The notes: generated from the sequence alone by a model not told the origin. 64,000 nucleotides of DNA from an uncultured cyanobacterium (GCA_963710605.1 CAVQBA010000004.1:1312001-1376000), one strand, 5' to 3'. Shown: positions 50,703 to 61,862, numbered from the stretch's first letter. A program made the numbers and translations.

Positions 50703-52448
50703 ATGAAAATAAGTAGTAATTTAAAGTTGAGATTAAGATGTCGTTCTCAATGGTTGAGCTTAGTGATGACATTTTTCTTTGCTCTAGTCATCAGCTTGAT
50801 TATTGGTCAACCTAGTTGGGCTGTGTTTCCACTCCCCCAAGGTTTGGGTACAGACAATACTGTCACTTTACCGAATGGAGTAACTCGCTACGGCAATATT
50901 GAAGCGACGACCGTCGAATCTCCTTTAAGCAATAAAACCTTATTTACGATCGCTTCGGCGACGGTTAAAGATCGTACCTCCCCTGGCGATCGAATAGCTG
51001 TAGAGCTTAGAGCCGCCGCAATACGGGATAAACTTTTGCTTCTCATTGGTCGTCCGATGGACCCTCAAACCTTAGTTTTTGAAGTATCTACTTTACGCAA
51101 TTCTCCAGTTATCGACGTTCGAGATGCCAAATTTCCTCAACCTTTAATTATCGCAACTATCACCGAATACGATTCTACCTACACTGGTTTACCAGTAGAT
51201 GAACTAGCAACACAATGGCGTGATACTCTAGAAAATGATCTTCGTAGCGGTTTGGTAGATCTGCCACTGAGTGCACAGCGAATAAGTACGATCGTTACAG
51301 GTTTAATAATTTTATCGGCGATCGCACTCATCCTCAAGTTTGTGATTTCTCGCCGTCAAAAACAGCTTTTAAGCAAAAAAGAAGCAATTACTGCTCAAGT
51401 AGAGAGTTCGATCGCTACTAAAGAATTTTCAACCGAGGATAGTCCAGAAGTTATCCATCAACAGGTTGAGCAAAAACAAGCTAAACTCTTACAAGAAAGA
51501 GAGAAAACCTCGACTCTAGATCGTCAGCTTTCAGCCCTTAGCTTCATCCAATGGCTATTGTTTTGGCTTGTCATTCTAGCCTGGTATAGTGGAGTTGCTT
51601 GGGTGGGTTGGGTATCTCCTTACATACTGCTCAATTCTCCTATCGGTGAACCCCTCAGAGTTGTTGTTGACTTATTATCAGTCTGGTTTTTAGTTAGTCT
51701 TGCGATTCAAATTAGCCGTCGTTTTATTGACTACTTGGCTACTGAGCGAGAAGGGCTAGATTTAGGAGATTTGATTGCCTTAGGAGGAGATCATGAGCGT
51801 CGTCATCTGCGTGCTACAACTATTGCTGGGGCTTTAAAAGGTTTAATTACTATTGTGTTAGTTATAATTGGTATCTTATTAGCACTGCGTTCTCTAGAAA
51901 TCTCTACTGCGTCATTGGTTGCTATCACCAGTGTTGCAGGTCTGGCAATTACGTTTGGCTCACAAAACTTAGTTAAAGACTTAGTCAATGGCTTTTTTAT
52001 CTTAGCTGAAGATCAATATGCAGTTGGCGATGTAATTAATGTGGGTAATTCCGCAGGTTTGGTCGAAAACCTTAATCTACGGGTTACTCAGCTACGTAGT
52101 GATAATGGTGAGTTGGTTACAATTCCTAACAGCAGTATTACCCAAGTTAAAAATTTAACCCGTAACTGGTCGAGGGTATCATTCAACATTAACATAGCTT
52201 ACGAAACTGACCCCGATACAGCGATCGAAGTACTTAAAAAAGTAGCTCAAACTTTTTATCACGACCCCCAATGGCACAGTGCAATGTTATCTGAACCGAA
52301 AGTACTAGGTCTCGATAGTGTTTCTAAAAGTGGTATATCGATCACTATCTTGATTCAAACCGAACCAGCACAACAATGGGCAGTGGGGCGTGAATTACGT
52401 CTGCGTGTTCGTCGTATTTTGGCAGAACATGAAATAGATATTGCCTAA
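50703..52448 (+). CDS. mechanosensitive ion channel (MscS family) with large N-terminal extension
   Basis: FGSQNLVKDLVNGFFIL.EDQYAVGD, GLVENLNLRVTQLR, IPNS. Confidence 0.9.
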   Translation: MKISSNLKLRLRCRSQWLSLVMTFFFALVISLIIGQPSWAVFPLPQGLGTDNTVTLPNGVTRYGNIEATTVESPLSNKTLFTIASATVKDRTSPGDRIAVELRAAAIRDKLLLLIGRPMDPQTLVFEVSTLRNSPVIDVRDAKFPQPLIIATITEYDSTYTGLPVDELATQWRDTLENDLRSGLVDLPLSAQRISTIVTGLIILSAIALILKFVISRRQKQLLSKKEAITAQVESSIATKEFSTEDSPEVIHQQVEQKQAKLLQEREKTSTLDRQLSALSFIQWLLFWLVILAWYSGVAWVGWVSPYILLNSPIGEPLRVVVDLLSVWFLVSLAIQISRRFIDYLATEREGLDLGDLIALGGDHERRHLRATTIAGALKGLITIVLVIIGILLALRSLEISTASLVAITSVAGLAITFGSQNLVKDLVNGFFILAEDQYAVGDVINVGNSAGLVENLNLRVTQLRSDNGELVTIPNSSITQVKNLTRNWSRVSFNINIAYETDPDTAIEVLKKVAQTFYHDPQWHSAMLSEPKVLGLDSVSKSGISITILIQTEPAQQWAVGRELRLRVRRILAEHEIDIA

Positions 52449-52553
52449 GCTTTTGTAGCAAAAAAGGGCAAAGGAATGATTGCCCAGATGTAAACATTTT
52501 AGGAATACTTAATATCTTAACTAACTCATTCTCTGCTATGTCAAGTTGATCTG

Positions 52554-52591
52554 ACCTCACCCCCAACCCCTCTCCTACTAAGAGAGGGGAG
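52554..52591. repeat. GC-rich small dispersed repeat
   Basis: ACCTCACCCCCAACCCCTCTCCTACTAAGAGAGGGGAG, related to 27861 and 43573. Confidence 0.7.
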
Positions 52592-52714
52592 TTATAATCA
52601 GAAAACTTATAGTGATCACTTCTGGTATTTTTATGATTTAGCAATCACCTAAGTCATATTTTTATCACTATTTAATTAAAATTGCTAGAATTCTTAATTC
52701 TCCATTCTCCATTC

Positions 52715-54046
52715 TCAATTCTCAATTATTCTTATGCCCATCAAGGTTTTAATTGCCTCTACATTTTCTTTAATTTTGGGATGCTCTAGAATTTGATTGA
52801 CATAATCTTGAGTGGCTAAAATGGCTAAATAACGAGCAGGTGGGTAGTTAACTTTTTGGTCGCCATCTTTGGCGATACCTTCCTCACAATCAAAAAAATC
52901 TATTCCATGTCTAATTTTACGATAAGGTACAGTACAAGAGCTAATTGTACCTACTCCCATGAAATATCCTGAAGTCAAAAGATTTTTGTCTTTACTACCA
53001 ATAAATTTGGGTAATAATTGTCCTGCTTTGTCTGATTTGGCGGCTGCTATTTTATAGGCTAGTTGACGAAATTCACTATTGTTTTCATATTCTTGTTGAT
53101 AATTAAGTGATTTTTTATCTTTATATCGATCGATTTTGACAGGAAAACTATCATCGGATTGAAATTGAATATACAAATCTAAAATTTCGGCATCAGTTAT
53201 TTCTGGTGAAATATACATATCCGCAGGAGGATTGGAAATTATTTGTCTTCCTAAACGAGTATCTATTTCTTCGGTGAAACCTAATTCCACCCAATTAGTG
53301 TGAGCATAAAAATCTTGTAAGGTATGTAAAGCCGCTCCTAAAAAATAACGAGCTTCTTGCCCATTTGGCTTATCGTTACTTAGAATATCAACTATACGCT
53401 TTTTAAGATCGATTAAACGAATCGAGCCGTCATGAAATTGCTCGTTACTAAAATGAATACAAGATACAGTAAATTCAGCACTGAGTAAAAAAGATTCACC
53501 CATATCCATGTGTTTATTACTATCACCTATTTCAATAATTGCTTTTTGAGTAAATTGTAATTGATTAGTTTCGTTTTCTAATTCTTTTTTTTCTTCAATA
53601 ACGATCGCTTCTAAGGCTTCTGTTGTCATACTTAAATGACCTTCATAATTAGGATAAAAAGCAATCAAATCAGGTGTTTTTTGAAGTTCTCCTAAGTTTT
53701 TTTTAAGAATATTTTTTTTGATAATTTTGTTATATTTTATTTCTTTTTTAGTAGCTATTTTTTCTTTATTTGAATTTTTTTCTTTTGAATAATAATCTAC
53801 TAACCAGCTATATCGATAACAATAACGATCGTCATATTTAGACAAATATTCCTTTGATAAATTAATTTTAGGTGATGATTGCTTGGTAGAATCATTAAGT
53901 TGTTCTGTATTTTGAGCATTAACTAAAGGAGAAAATAAATTAGAATAATGACGATCGGTAATTGTATTCTGTGCTGATAAATTTAAAGTTAATATTGGTA
54001 TTAGTATTAAACTGATAACTAAAATGGAAATATACTTAAACAACAT
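52715..54046 (-). CDS. secreted VWA7-N/HET-C-like putative zinc hydrolase
   Basis: signal peptide; HFSNEQF, LGAALHTLQDFYAHTNWVELG, LLTSGYF, KIRHG, GIAKD. Confidence 0.7.
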   Translation of the reverse strand: MLFKYISILVISLILIPILTLNLSAQNTITDRHYSNLFSPLVNAQNTEQLNDSTKQSSPKINLSKEYLSKYDDRYCYRYSWLVDYYSKEKNSNKEKIATKKEIKYNKIIKKNILKKNLGELQKTPDLIAFYPNYEGHLSMTTEALEAIVIEEKKELENETNQLQFTQKAIIEIGDSNKHMDMGESFLLSAEFTVSCIHFSNEQFHDGSIRLIDLKKRIVDILSNDKPNGQEARYFLGAALHTLQDFYAHTNWVELGFTEEIDTRLGRQIISNPPADMYISPEITDAEILDLYIQFQSDDSFPVKIDRYKDKKSLNYQQEYENNSEFRQLAYKIAAAKSDKAGQLLPKFIGSKDKNLLTSGYFMGVGTISSCTVPYRKIRHGIDFFDCEEGIAKDGDQKVNYPPARYLAILATQDYVNQILEHPKIKENVEAIKTLMGIRIIEN

Positions 54047-54275
54047 TGAAAATAAATAATAATGATTACTAATTTATTTATACCCACCCTTAAAAAATTT
54101 TTTTAGTGAATATAATTTTAGTTTTAATAAAGTTAATTAATAGTAAATATAATTAATAATTTGAAAATATATAAAAATATCAGTTATCAAATTCTATCAG
54201 TAAATTAGCTAGATTGATAATTTTAATTCTTGTTATTCAGAAATAGTTATGAACGATCGACTATTGACAATCTAA

Positions 54276-55157
54276 TTATTTGGATTCATTGGTTGGAGAA
54301 TCATCACTAAACTTTTCTTGATCATAATAGTAAAGGGTACGAATAGGATAAGGAATCGTAATTGAGGCTTGATCAAAAGCATCTTTTATATCTAAAATTG
54401 CTTCAGTTTGAATGTTTCTAACTATTTTTTGCTGGGGGGAAGTCCAATAACGCACCACAAAATCGATCGAACTATCACCAAAATTAACTAAATCTATTTC
54501 AGGTTGAGGATGAGACAAAACACCATCAAGATTACTAACTACTTTAGCCAATAACGATCGAGCTTCTCTTAAAGGAGTATTATAATCGACACCCACCGCT
54601 AAATCTGTTCGTCTGCGAGTAAAACCTGTTCTTACTTGTACCGAATTAGTAAAAAGATTAGAATTAGGAATTAGGATTTTTTCACCTTGATAAGTACGTA
54701 TAGTAGTTGTTCTCACATCAATTTGTTCGACAAACCCTTCATTACCATCAATAACTATTTCATCATCAATACTAAAAGGTTCTTGTAATAAAATTAAAAT
54801 ACCAGCCAGAAAATTTTTAAATATATCTTGAAATGCAAAACCGATCGCTACAGTACTTAATCCTAAAGCACCGACAACATTACCTAAACTTAAACCAGGG
54901 AAAGCCAAAACACAAGCGATAAAAAAACCTATCACCCACGTAGTAACATAAGCACCTTTAGCAAACAGAATTTGTAAAGATTTGCTTTTAACAGTTCGAC
55001 GAGCTACTTTTTCAGCAATTTGTTGACTTTTGTTAGCTACTGAGCGGGTAATTAAAATCGCCACAAACCCCGCAAAAAAACCGGGTATTACTTTAATAAA
55101 GTCAGTAATTAGTTCTCGAATACTACTTATAATTGCTTCAATAAATTGTTTGAACAT
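54276..55157 (-). CDS. small-conductance mechanosensitive channel
   Basis: GFAFQDIFKNFLAG, EGFVEQID.RTT, IPNS, FGDSSIDF, IPYP. Confidence 0.92.
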   Translation of the reverse strand: MFKQFIEAIISSIRELITDFIKVIPGFFAGFVAILITRSVANKSQQIAEKVARRTVKSKSLQILFAKGAYVTTWVIGFFIACVLAFPGLSLGNVVGALGLSTVAIGFAFQDIFKNFLAGILILLQEPFSIDDEIVIDGNEGFVEQIDVRTTTIRTYQGEKILIPNSNLFTNSVQVRTGFTRRRTDLAVGVDYNTPLREARSLLAKVVSNLDGVLSHPQPEIDLVNFGDSSIDFVVRYWTSPQQKIVRNIQTEAILDIKDAFDQASITIPYPIRTLYYYDQEKFSDDSPTNESK

Positions 55158-55221
55158 TATTATTTATTAATCCTAATTTAATCAACATAGAAAAAATTTA
55201 TTCTTATTCATCAATAATCAA

Positions 55222-57504
55222 TTATTGAACAAGCATTTTTAAAACAGGGCAAGGTTTTTTATCATCTCTGAGTAAAGATTCATTTTTATAATCAGCGAAG
55301 AAACTCCATCGCCAAGGAGCTTTTTTTGCCGCTGACATCCATAATAACTTTTTCGCTCTAGTCATAGCTACATATAATAGTCGATATTCTTCCGCTTGTT
55401 TATTTTCACTCGCTATCAAAGATGCTGAGGTGACGCTGAGTAATTCAAATTGATCATTGTTTTGCTCGTACTGTTGATGAAGAGCATTTCTAATTTGAGT
55501 CCGAATTATATCGGCAAAATTATTTTCACCTAAAAACTTACGGCTTTGAGGCACATATGGTGTACTGTCCCCGGGTAAAACATCTTCATGCAAAAATGGT
55601 AAAAAAACATAATCCCACTCTAAACCCTTAGCTTTGTGCATTGTCATGATTGTTACTTGCCCTGACAATGTATAAGCGTCTTCATTTTCAGTTTCAACTC
55701 CTGTAAATTTTTCTTCAGTGATAATTTGTTGTAAGGTACTGATAATATTTACGATCGAATATTGACCATTAATCTGTTTTTGAATCCTTTCACTAAGTTT
55801 TTGAGCCGTGGCTAATTCTGATTCTTGATATTTTAAAACTTGAGCAAAAAAAGTAATTAGATGATAAGCAGGTAATTCAAAACGAGCGTTGATTAGCTGT
55901 AAACAATATTCTTGTGCTTGTTTAACATAGTCTGGTTGCTCTGATTCTAAAACGCTGGGGTAGAGAAATTTTTCAGGGTAAATACTTAAGGCGTTGACAT
56001 CTTGAGCTGTAATTAATTCTTTAGCTTGTAAAGTTTGTAAAGCATTTTTCAGATATTGAGGTGAGTGTGGTTGATAGATAAATTGCAACAAAGACAATAT
56101 CTGTTGGGGTAAATGACGATGATTATGAGATTCGTTGACTAATTTGAGGTTAATACCATACTCTAGCTTTAAATGCTCTAAATATTGATAAACAAATGTT
56201 CCTTGTTTATTTTCTCTGACTAAAATCGCAAAATTAGCTTGAGGGTTAGTTAAATGCAAATCAAGAATTCTATTACTAATAAGGGTGGTAGTTTGATAAA
56301 TATCGGAGGGAAAATAAATTTCGACTCCTTCACCTTCAGGTTGTGGATTCACCTCAACTTCATTATCAATGGGGCTAATTGGTTCAATAAATTGTGTTGT
56401 AAAAGGAGGATTAATCGATAAATGAGGGGCTATTTGTTGATTAACCCAAAGGAGAGTTTGATTTGCTGTGGTGATGATATTAGGAGTGCTTCTCCTTGCC
56501 TGAGTCATGGTTTGATATTGTTTATTTTTAGCACAAAGTTGAGTAAATTGCTGAAAATAAAGGGGATCTGAAGCGGTAAAAGTTGAATTAATTGCTTGGT
56601 TGGGATCGCCTACCCTAACTAGGTTTGGCTCTGGTTGCCCCGATTTAGTGGCGAGTATTTCTAATAATTTTCCTTGTAATAAAGAAGAGTCTTGTGCTTC
56701 GTCTTCAAAAACAGCAAAGGTTTCTGATTGCCATAACAGACGAACTTCTTCATTTTCTAGCACTTTTAAGCCGCCTAAAATTAAATCGTCATAATCAATT
56801 AAGTTACGAGTTTTCATTAGTTTTTGGTATTCTTGATACAACCCAGCGGCAATTTGTAGTAAGGGATAATCTGCTTGTGGCGATCGTTTTGCTAGATTTT
56901 CAATCTCATTGACACTCAGACAAGAACTTTTAGCTACACTAATAACTTGATAGGCAAGATTTGGTAAAACTTCTGTGGTTAGAGCTAATTGACGGCGTAA
57001 AACTTCGCTTTGTTCGTTATCAAATTTTTGTTTACCTTGAATTAATAAGTCAAAATAATCGGGTTGTGATTCTACCCAAAGTGCGATCGTTTCTTTAATT
57101 AAATTACTGTTAGTGTTAAGTTCGACTAAAGTACTAGTTTCTAAATTCAACCCCGAAAATTGCGGATGACGATTGGCAATATTTAAAGCTAATCCATGAA
57201 TTGTTTGCACAGTAAAACCAATAGGTGGTAAAGATAGTTGTTTTAACCTTTGTTGAATTTTCTGTTTGATACTCGCAGTTGCTGAGCGGGTATAAGTGAC
57301 AACTACTAATTGCTTTTGTGGGTGTAATTTTTCACGGGCAATTGTGATGGCACTAGCGATCGCTAAACTATGAGATTTTCCTGCCCCCGGTACTGCTGAA
57401 ATCGCCATCCGACCACTTTTCCATTGGGCTAATTCTTTTTGCCCTGGGAGTAATTGACTAATCAAATCAGTAATTTGTTGGTTGAGACAATCAGCATCAT
57501 TCAT
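55222..57504 (-). CDS. UvrD/REP family ATP-dependent helicase
   Basis: AVPGAGKS, FEDEAQD, VGDPNQAI, MTMHKAKGLEWD, EEYRLLYVAMTRAK. Confidence 0.92.
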   Translation of the reverse strand: MNDADCLNQQITDLISQLLPGQKELAQWKSGRMAISAVPGAGKSHSLAIASAITIAREKLHPQKQLVVVTYTRSATASIKQKIQQRLKQLSLPPIGFTVQTIHGLALNIANRHPQFSGLNLETSTLVELNTNSNLIKETIALWVESQPDYFDLLIQGKQKFDNEQSEVLRRQLALTTEVLPNLAYQVISVAKSSCLSVNEIENLAKRSPQADYPLLQIAAGLYQEYQKLMKTRNLIDYDDLILGGLKVLENEEVRLLWQSETFAVFEDEAQDSSLLQGKLLEILATKSGQPEPNLVRVGDPNQAINSTFTASDPLYFQQFTQLCAKNKQYQTMTQARRSTPNIITTANQTLLWVNQQIAPHLSINPPFTTQFIEPISPIDNEVEVNPQPEGEGVEIYFPSDIYQTTTLISNRILDLHLTNPQANFAILVRENKQGTFVYQYLEHLKLEYGINLKLVNESHNHRHLPQQILSLLQFIYQPHSPQYLKNALQTLQAKELITAQDVNALSIYPEKFLYPSVLESEQPDYVKQAQEYCLQLINARFELPAYHLITFFAQVLKYQESELATAQKLSERIQKQINGQYSIVNIISTLQQIITEEKFTGVETENEDAYTLSGQVTIMTMHKAKGLEWDYVFLPFLHEDVLPGDSTPYVPQSRKFLGENNFADIIRTQIRNALHQQYEQNNDQFELLSVTSASLIASENKQAEEYRLLYVAMTRAKKLLWMSAAKKAPWRWSFFADYKNESLLRDDKKPCPVLKMLVQ

Positions 57505-57718
57505 GAATTGATAATTGATAATTGATAATTAATAATTAAATATAGTTATTGATAGTTGGCTTTTAGGTTTTAGGTTTTAAGTTATTCCTTGAATAGAGAA
57601 TGCTTGAGTGAGAGAATGGAAAATGTAGGAGTAACATAATAGAGAATAGCTAACAGCTAAAAATAACAACTTTTAACTTTTAACTTTTAACTTTTAACTG
57701 CTAAGGCTTTTAACTAAT

Positions 57719-58186
57719 TTAATTCCACAATACTCGAACTAAACGTACAGCTAACCAAACTAATAAAGCATAAACACCAATAGCAACAATAGTCGTAATT
57801 TCAAAAACGGCAGTTTCATTAATTTGAGGATTATTAAACAAATCAGTAAAAGGATTAACAAAAACAGCAGATAGGTCTAAAATGAAACTGGCAACAATAT
57901 TATCAGGATTGGCTCCTAAGATACGTAAAAGAAAGCGTAATGATAACAAAATCATTAATGCTCCACCTAGATAATAAATTGTCTGTATCACACGAGAAAT
58001 TTTTTCTTGATGCTGAGCTTTAGCTAATCTTTTTTCTTCTTGCTCTAAACGTAACAATTCGTTTTGTTCATTTTTTCTTTGTTTCTGTAATCTTTGTTGC
58101 TCTATATCTTCACGTGTTTGATCAGAATTACTGCGATATTCACGATCGAGATTATCTTTATCATTCGGATTATAAGGATTTGTCAT
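57719..58186 (-). CDS. YggT family membrane protein
   Basis: LRFLLRILGANP.N...FVNPF..LF; coiled-coil N-terminus. Confidence 0.75.
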   Translation of the reverse strand: MTNPYNPNDKDNLDREYRSNSDQTREDIEQQRLQKQRKNEQNELLRLEQEEKRLAKAQHQEKISRVIQTIYYLGGALMILLSLRFLLRILGANPDNIVASFILDLSAVFVNPFTDLFNNPQINETAVFEITTIVAIGVYALLVWLAVRLVRVLWN

Positions 58187-58306
58187 CGGTTTTAATTGAC
58201 TTTATTTCAAGTTTAAAATTAATCTATAGTTTATATCCTAATTTATTATTCATTCTCAATTATTAACTTTTTACTCGTATATTTGTACTAATTATATCGT
58301 AAAATT

Positions 58307-58621
58307 ATGGAATCGATCGTTGACTTAATTATGACGAAAGAGAATTTGTTTGCTATTTCTCTTTTTCCCTATCTGGGATTTTTATGGTTTTTAACCAATT
58401 CTAAAAAAGCACCAAAATTAGCTGTAATTGGCTTTTACGTTTTACTCTTATTTGTCGGTATCACTATCCCCGCAGGGCTTTACGCTGAAAAACATTATGG
58501 TACAAGTTTAGCTAATGTAGATTGGTTACACGGAGGGGCAGAATTTTTCCTCACTTTATCAAATATCTTAGTTGTCTTAGGATTTCGTCAGGTAGTTATG
58601 GCTAAAGAAAAAGGCGAGTAG
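58307..58621 (+). CDS. DUF3593 family membrane protein
   Basis: LFAISLFPYLGFLWFL, SLANVDWLHGGAE.FLTLSN. Confidence 0.85.
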   Translation: MESIVDLIMTKENLFAISLFPYLGFLWFLTNSKKAPKLAVIGFYVLLLFVGITIPAGLYAEKHYGTSLANVDWLHGGAEFFLTLSNILVVLGFRQVVMAKEKGE

Positions 58622-58807
58622 TAAAGCAGATACAGCGAACAATGATTAATTATCAACTATTTAAATTCGTAATTGATTATTACTTAATTTTTAATTGTTA
58701 ATCATTAAGTAGTACTATATAATACTTAGGAATTTAGTTTTGCTGATGTAAATAAACTAAAATAAGATCATAACTGTGGACTAATTCTTTATCTCAAAGA
58801 CTAATTT

Positions 58808-59368
58808 ATGAATATAGAAAAAATTGTTGATCAGGCATTACATGCTGGTTATTTAACCCCGTCAATGGAAGCAGAAGTAGCTAGATTATGTGAAGCAACG
58901 AGCGAACTTTCACCAGAAGAATATAAAGCCTTAGATAAATTAATGGGTGCTTTATTAACAGGGGAAATAGTTGCCACACCTAAAAAACAATTTATTAATG
59001 TGATGGAAGAATTAGTTCTCGCTGAAGTGATTTCTCGTGTTGCTGAAATCGAAACAAGCAGTTATTCTTTACTAGATGTAGGAGATATCGCTGCCTACGC
59101 ACTCAATCGCTTACCTCCTTTATATGCTACAACCGAAGAAGGAGCTAATTTTCAGAAACAAAAGGCAAAAGAAGAATTACAAAGTCTAATTAATAAACAA
59201 GTAAATTCAGCAGTATCTTTGTATCTCGATCGACCTGATTTTTATCCTGAAAGACAAGCAATTAGCAAATCTGATGTTAATCATAATGTTTTTGAGCAAG
59301 TAAACAGACTCTTGCAATCTCAAGCAACTCTTTTTGAAGGCGAAAACGAATCAATATCAAACGACTAA
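58808..59368 (+). CDS. ComFB family protein
   Basis: NVMEELV, DIAAYALNRLPPLYATT. Confidence 0.85.
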   Translation: MNIEKIVDQALHAGYLTPSMEAEVARLCEATSELSPEEYKALDKLMGALLTGEIVATPKKQFINVMEELVLAEVISRVAEIETSSYSLLDVGDIAAYALNRLPPLYATTEEGANFQKQKAKEELQSLINKQVNSAVSLYLDRPDFYPERQAISKSDVNHNVFEQVNRLLQSQATLFEGENESISND

Positions 59369-59461
59369 TAGTTAATTAGGAAATTAAGAAGGATAAATAA
59401 CAATTAACTTTTAACTTTTATTTAATTCTTAACTTATATCTGTATTTAGGTGTGCCGAAGT

Positions 59462-59498
59462 ATTCTCAATTCTCAATTCTCAATTCTCAATTCTCAAT
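59462..59498. repeat. STRR (ATTCTCA)n
   Basis: five heptamers ending ~10 nt before the Cu-ATPase ATG. Confidence 0.9.
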
Positions 59499-59507
59499 TA
59501 TTTACCT

Positions 59508-61862
59508 ATGGCTTTATTAAGTGCAAAAAAAAAGACTACTAATAGTAAAGCAGAAGTAGTCGATTCCATTATTCTTGATATCGAAGGGATGAAATGTGCC
59601 GCCTGTGTTAATGCGGTTGAAAAACAGATTAAAAAACAAAATGGTGTAGTTACCGCTAATGTCAATCTGATTACGTGTATCGCATCAGTAGAATATCAAG
59701 CTGATTTAATTAATCCTCAAGTTTTAGCTGATAAATTAACGACAGTTGGTTTTGACACCCAAGTTAGAAAAACTGAACAAACTTATCAACAGCAACAGCT
59801 TAAAATTCAAGCAAAAAGAATAGAGCAAGAAAAAAAACAACAATATGAATTAATCACCGCAGGTGTTTTATTATTATTTTCTAGTATCGGACATCTTCAT
59901 CATTTAGGTTTTCATTATCATAATTTTTTAACTAACATTTGGTTTCATTGGACGTTAGCCACTTTAGCCTTAATTATTCCGGGTAGAGAAATTATCCTTA
60001 ATGGTTGGCAAGGTTTATGGCATCGAAAACCGAATATGAATAGTTTAGTCGGTTTAGGAACAGTTGCCGCTTATTTGACTAGTTGTTTGGCTTTAATTAA
60101 TCCTCAATTAGGTTGGGAATGCTTTTTTGATGAGCCGGTGATGTTACTCGGTTTTATTTTTTTAGGTAGAGTATTAGAAGCTAAAGCTAAAAACAAAGCA
60201 ATCAATTCTTTAGAAACATTATTAAAATTACGTCCTCAATTTGCTCGTTTAGTAGGTAAAAAAAACACCTCAGAAGATGAAGGAATAAAAATTCCCGCCC
60301 TTCAAGTCAAACCAAATGAGTGGATTAGAGTTTTAGCAGGAGAGCAATTTCCTGTTGATGGTCAAATTGTGGCAGGAGAAACCACAGTTGATGAGTCTTT
60401 CTTGACAGGAGAATCTATCCCCATAATTAAAAAAACAGAAGATAAAGTTTGTGCTGGTACAATTAATCAAGAACAAATGGTAATTGTCGAAACCACAAAT
60501 TCAGGTAGCAAAACAAGATTAGGACAAATCATTGCTACAGTTGAATCAGCTCAAACTGCTCAAGCACCTGTACAAAAATTAGCTGATCTAGTTTCGGGTT
60601 ACTTTGCCTATATTATTATCTCGATTTCTTTATTAACTTTGTGTTTTTGGTATTTTATCGGTACACAAATTTGGTTAGATATTATACCTACTTTAGGTAC
60701 TAGTAAAATTATTCTGAGTATCAAGTTAGCGATCGATGTTTTGGTAATAGCCTGCCCTTGTGCTTTAGGTTTAGCCACACCTACTGCTATTCTTGTCGGG
60801 ACTAGTTTAGGTGCAGAAAATGGTTTACTAATTAAAGGAGGAGATGTACTCGAGCAGGCGAAAAATTTAAAGACAATTGTTTTTGATAAAACAGGCACTC
60901 TTACTCAAGGTTATCCTCAAATTACGCAAATAATTAGTTGTCAACCTCAAGTTTATTCTCCACAACAACTATTAACCATTGCCGCTAGTTTAGAAATTGT
61001 GGCACTTCATCCTCTAGCTGAAGCTATCCTCACCGAAGCTAAAAAACAAAATTTAACTCTTTATGGTACTGATAAACTTACTAATCATACAGCTCGAGGT
61101 GTTAAAGGGATTATTCCTCCTGAGAATCAATTTTTATATTTAGGTAATCAATCATGGTTAGCTGAAAATGGGATTACGATCGATTCATCAATACAAGAAA
61201 AAATAGAGGATTATACTCAGCAAGGTCAAACCGTTGTCTATCTAGCTAAAAACGATCGTCTAATCGGTTATTTTCTTTTAAACGATACCCTCCGAGAAGC
61301 GGCACTAAGTACTGTAACTGAGCTTAAAAATAGAGGTTTGAAAGTGATTATGATGAGTGGAGATAAAACTAATGTAGCAAAATATATTGCTCAAAAATTA
61401 GGTATTACTGATTATTATGGTGAAGTTAGCCCTCAAGAAAAATCAGATTTGATCAAACAAATTCAACAACAATACCCTCAGCAAATTGTCGCCATGGTTG
61501 GTGATGGAATTAATGACGCACCTGCTATGACTACCGCAGGATTTGCTATTGCCATGCCTCAATCAGCTCAAATTGCAATTCAATCAGCCGATATTGTTCT
61601 CACACGAGGCAATCTTCAAGATTTAATCACCGCTATTGATTTAAGTGCTGACACTTTAACTAAAATCAAACAAAATTTGTTTTGGGCATTAAGTTACAAT
61701 CTAATCGCTATACCTGTAGCGGCGGGAATTTTATTACCTAGCTTTGGTTTACTTCTTAGCCCTGCTGTTTCTGGGGCTTTTATGGCTTGTAGTTCTATTT
61801 TCGTCATTACTAATTCTTTATTCTTAAAAAGAAAAAAATATCAATCGATAATTGACAATTGA
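59508..61862 (+). CDS. ctaA: copper-translocating P1B-type ATPase (CtaA-like)
   Basis: GMKCAAC, TGES, CPCALGL, DKTGT, HP, GDGIND, YN...MACSS. Confidence 0.9.
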   Translation: MALLSAKKKTTNSKAEVVDSIILDIEGMKCAACVNAVEKQIKKQNGVVTANVNLITCIASVEYQADLINPQVLADKLTTVGFDTQVRKTEQTYQQQQLKIQAKRIEQEKKQQYELITAGVLLLFSSIGHLHHLGFHYHNFLTNIWFHWTLATLALIIPGREIILNGWQGLWHRKPNMNSLVGLGTVAAYLTSCLALINPQLGWECFFDEPVMLLGFIFLGRVLEAKAKNKAINSLETLLKLRPQFARLVGKKNTSEDEGIKIPALQVKPNEWIRVLAGEQFPVDGQIVAGETTVDESFLTGESIPIIKKTEDKVCAGTINQEQMVIVETTNSGSKTRLGQIIATVESAQTAQAPVQKLADLVSGYFAYIIISISLLTLCFWYFIGTQIWLDIIPTLGTSKIILSIKLAIDVLVIACPCALGLATPTAILVGTSLGAENGLLIKGGDVLEQAKNLKTIVFDKTGTLTQGYPQITQIISCQPQVYSPQQLLTIAASLEIVALHPLAEAILTEAKKQNLTLYGTDKLTNHTARGVKGIIPPENQFLYLGNQSWLAENGITIDSSIQEKIEDYTQQGQTVVYLAKNDRLIGYFLLNDTLREAALSTVTELKNRGLKVIMMSGDKTNVAKYIAQKLGITDYYGEVSPQEKSDLIKQIQQQYPQQIVAMVGDGINDAPAMTTAGFAIAMPQSAQIAIQSADIVLTRGNLQDLITAIDLSADTLTKIKQNLFWALSYNLIAIPVAAGILLPSFGLLLSPAVSGAFMACSSIFVITNSLFLKRKKYQSIIDN

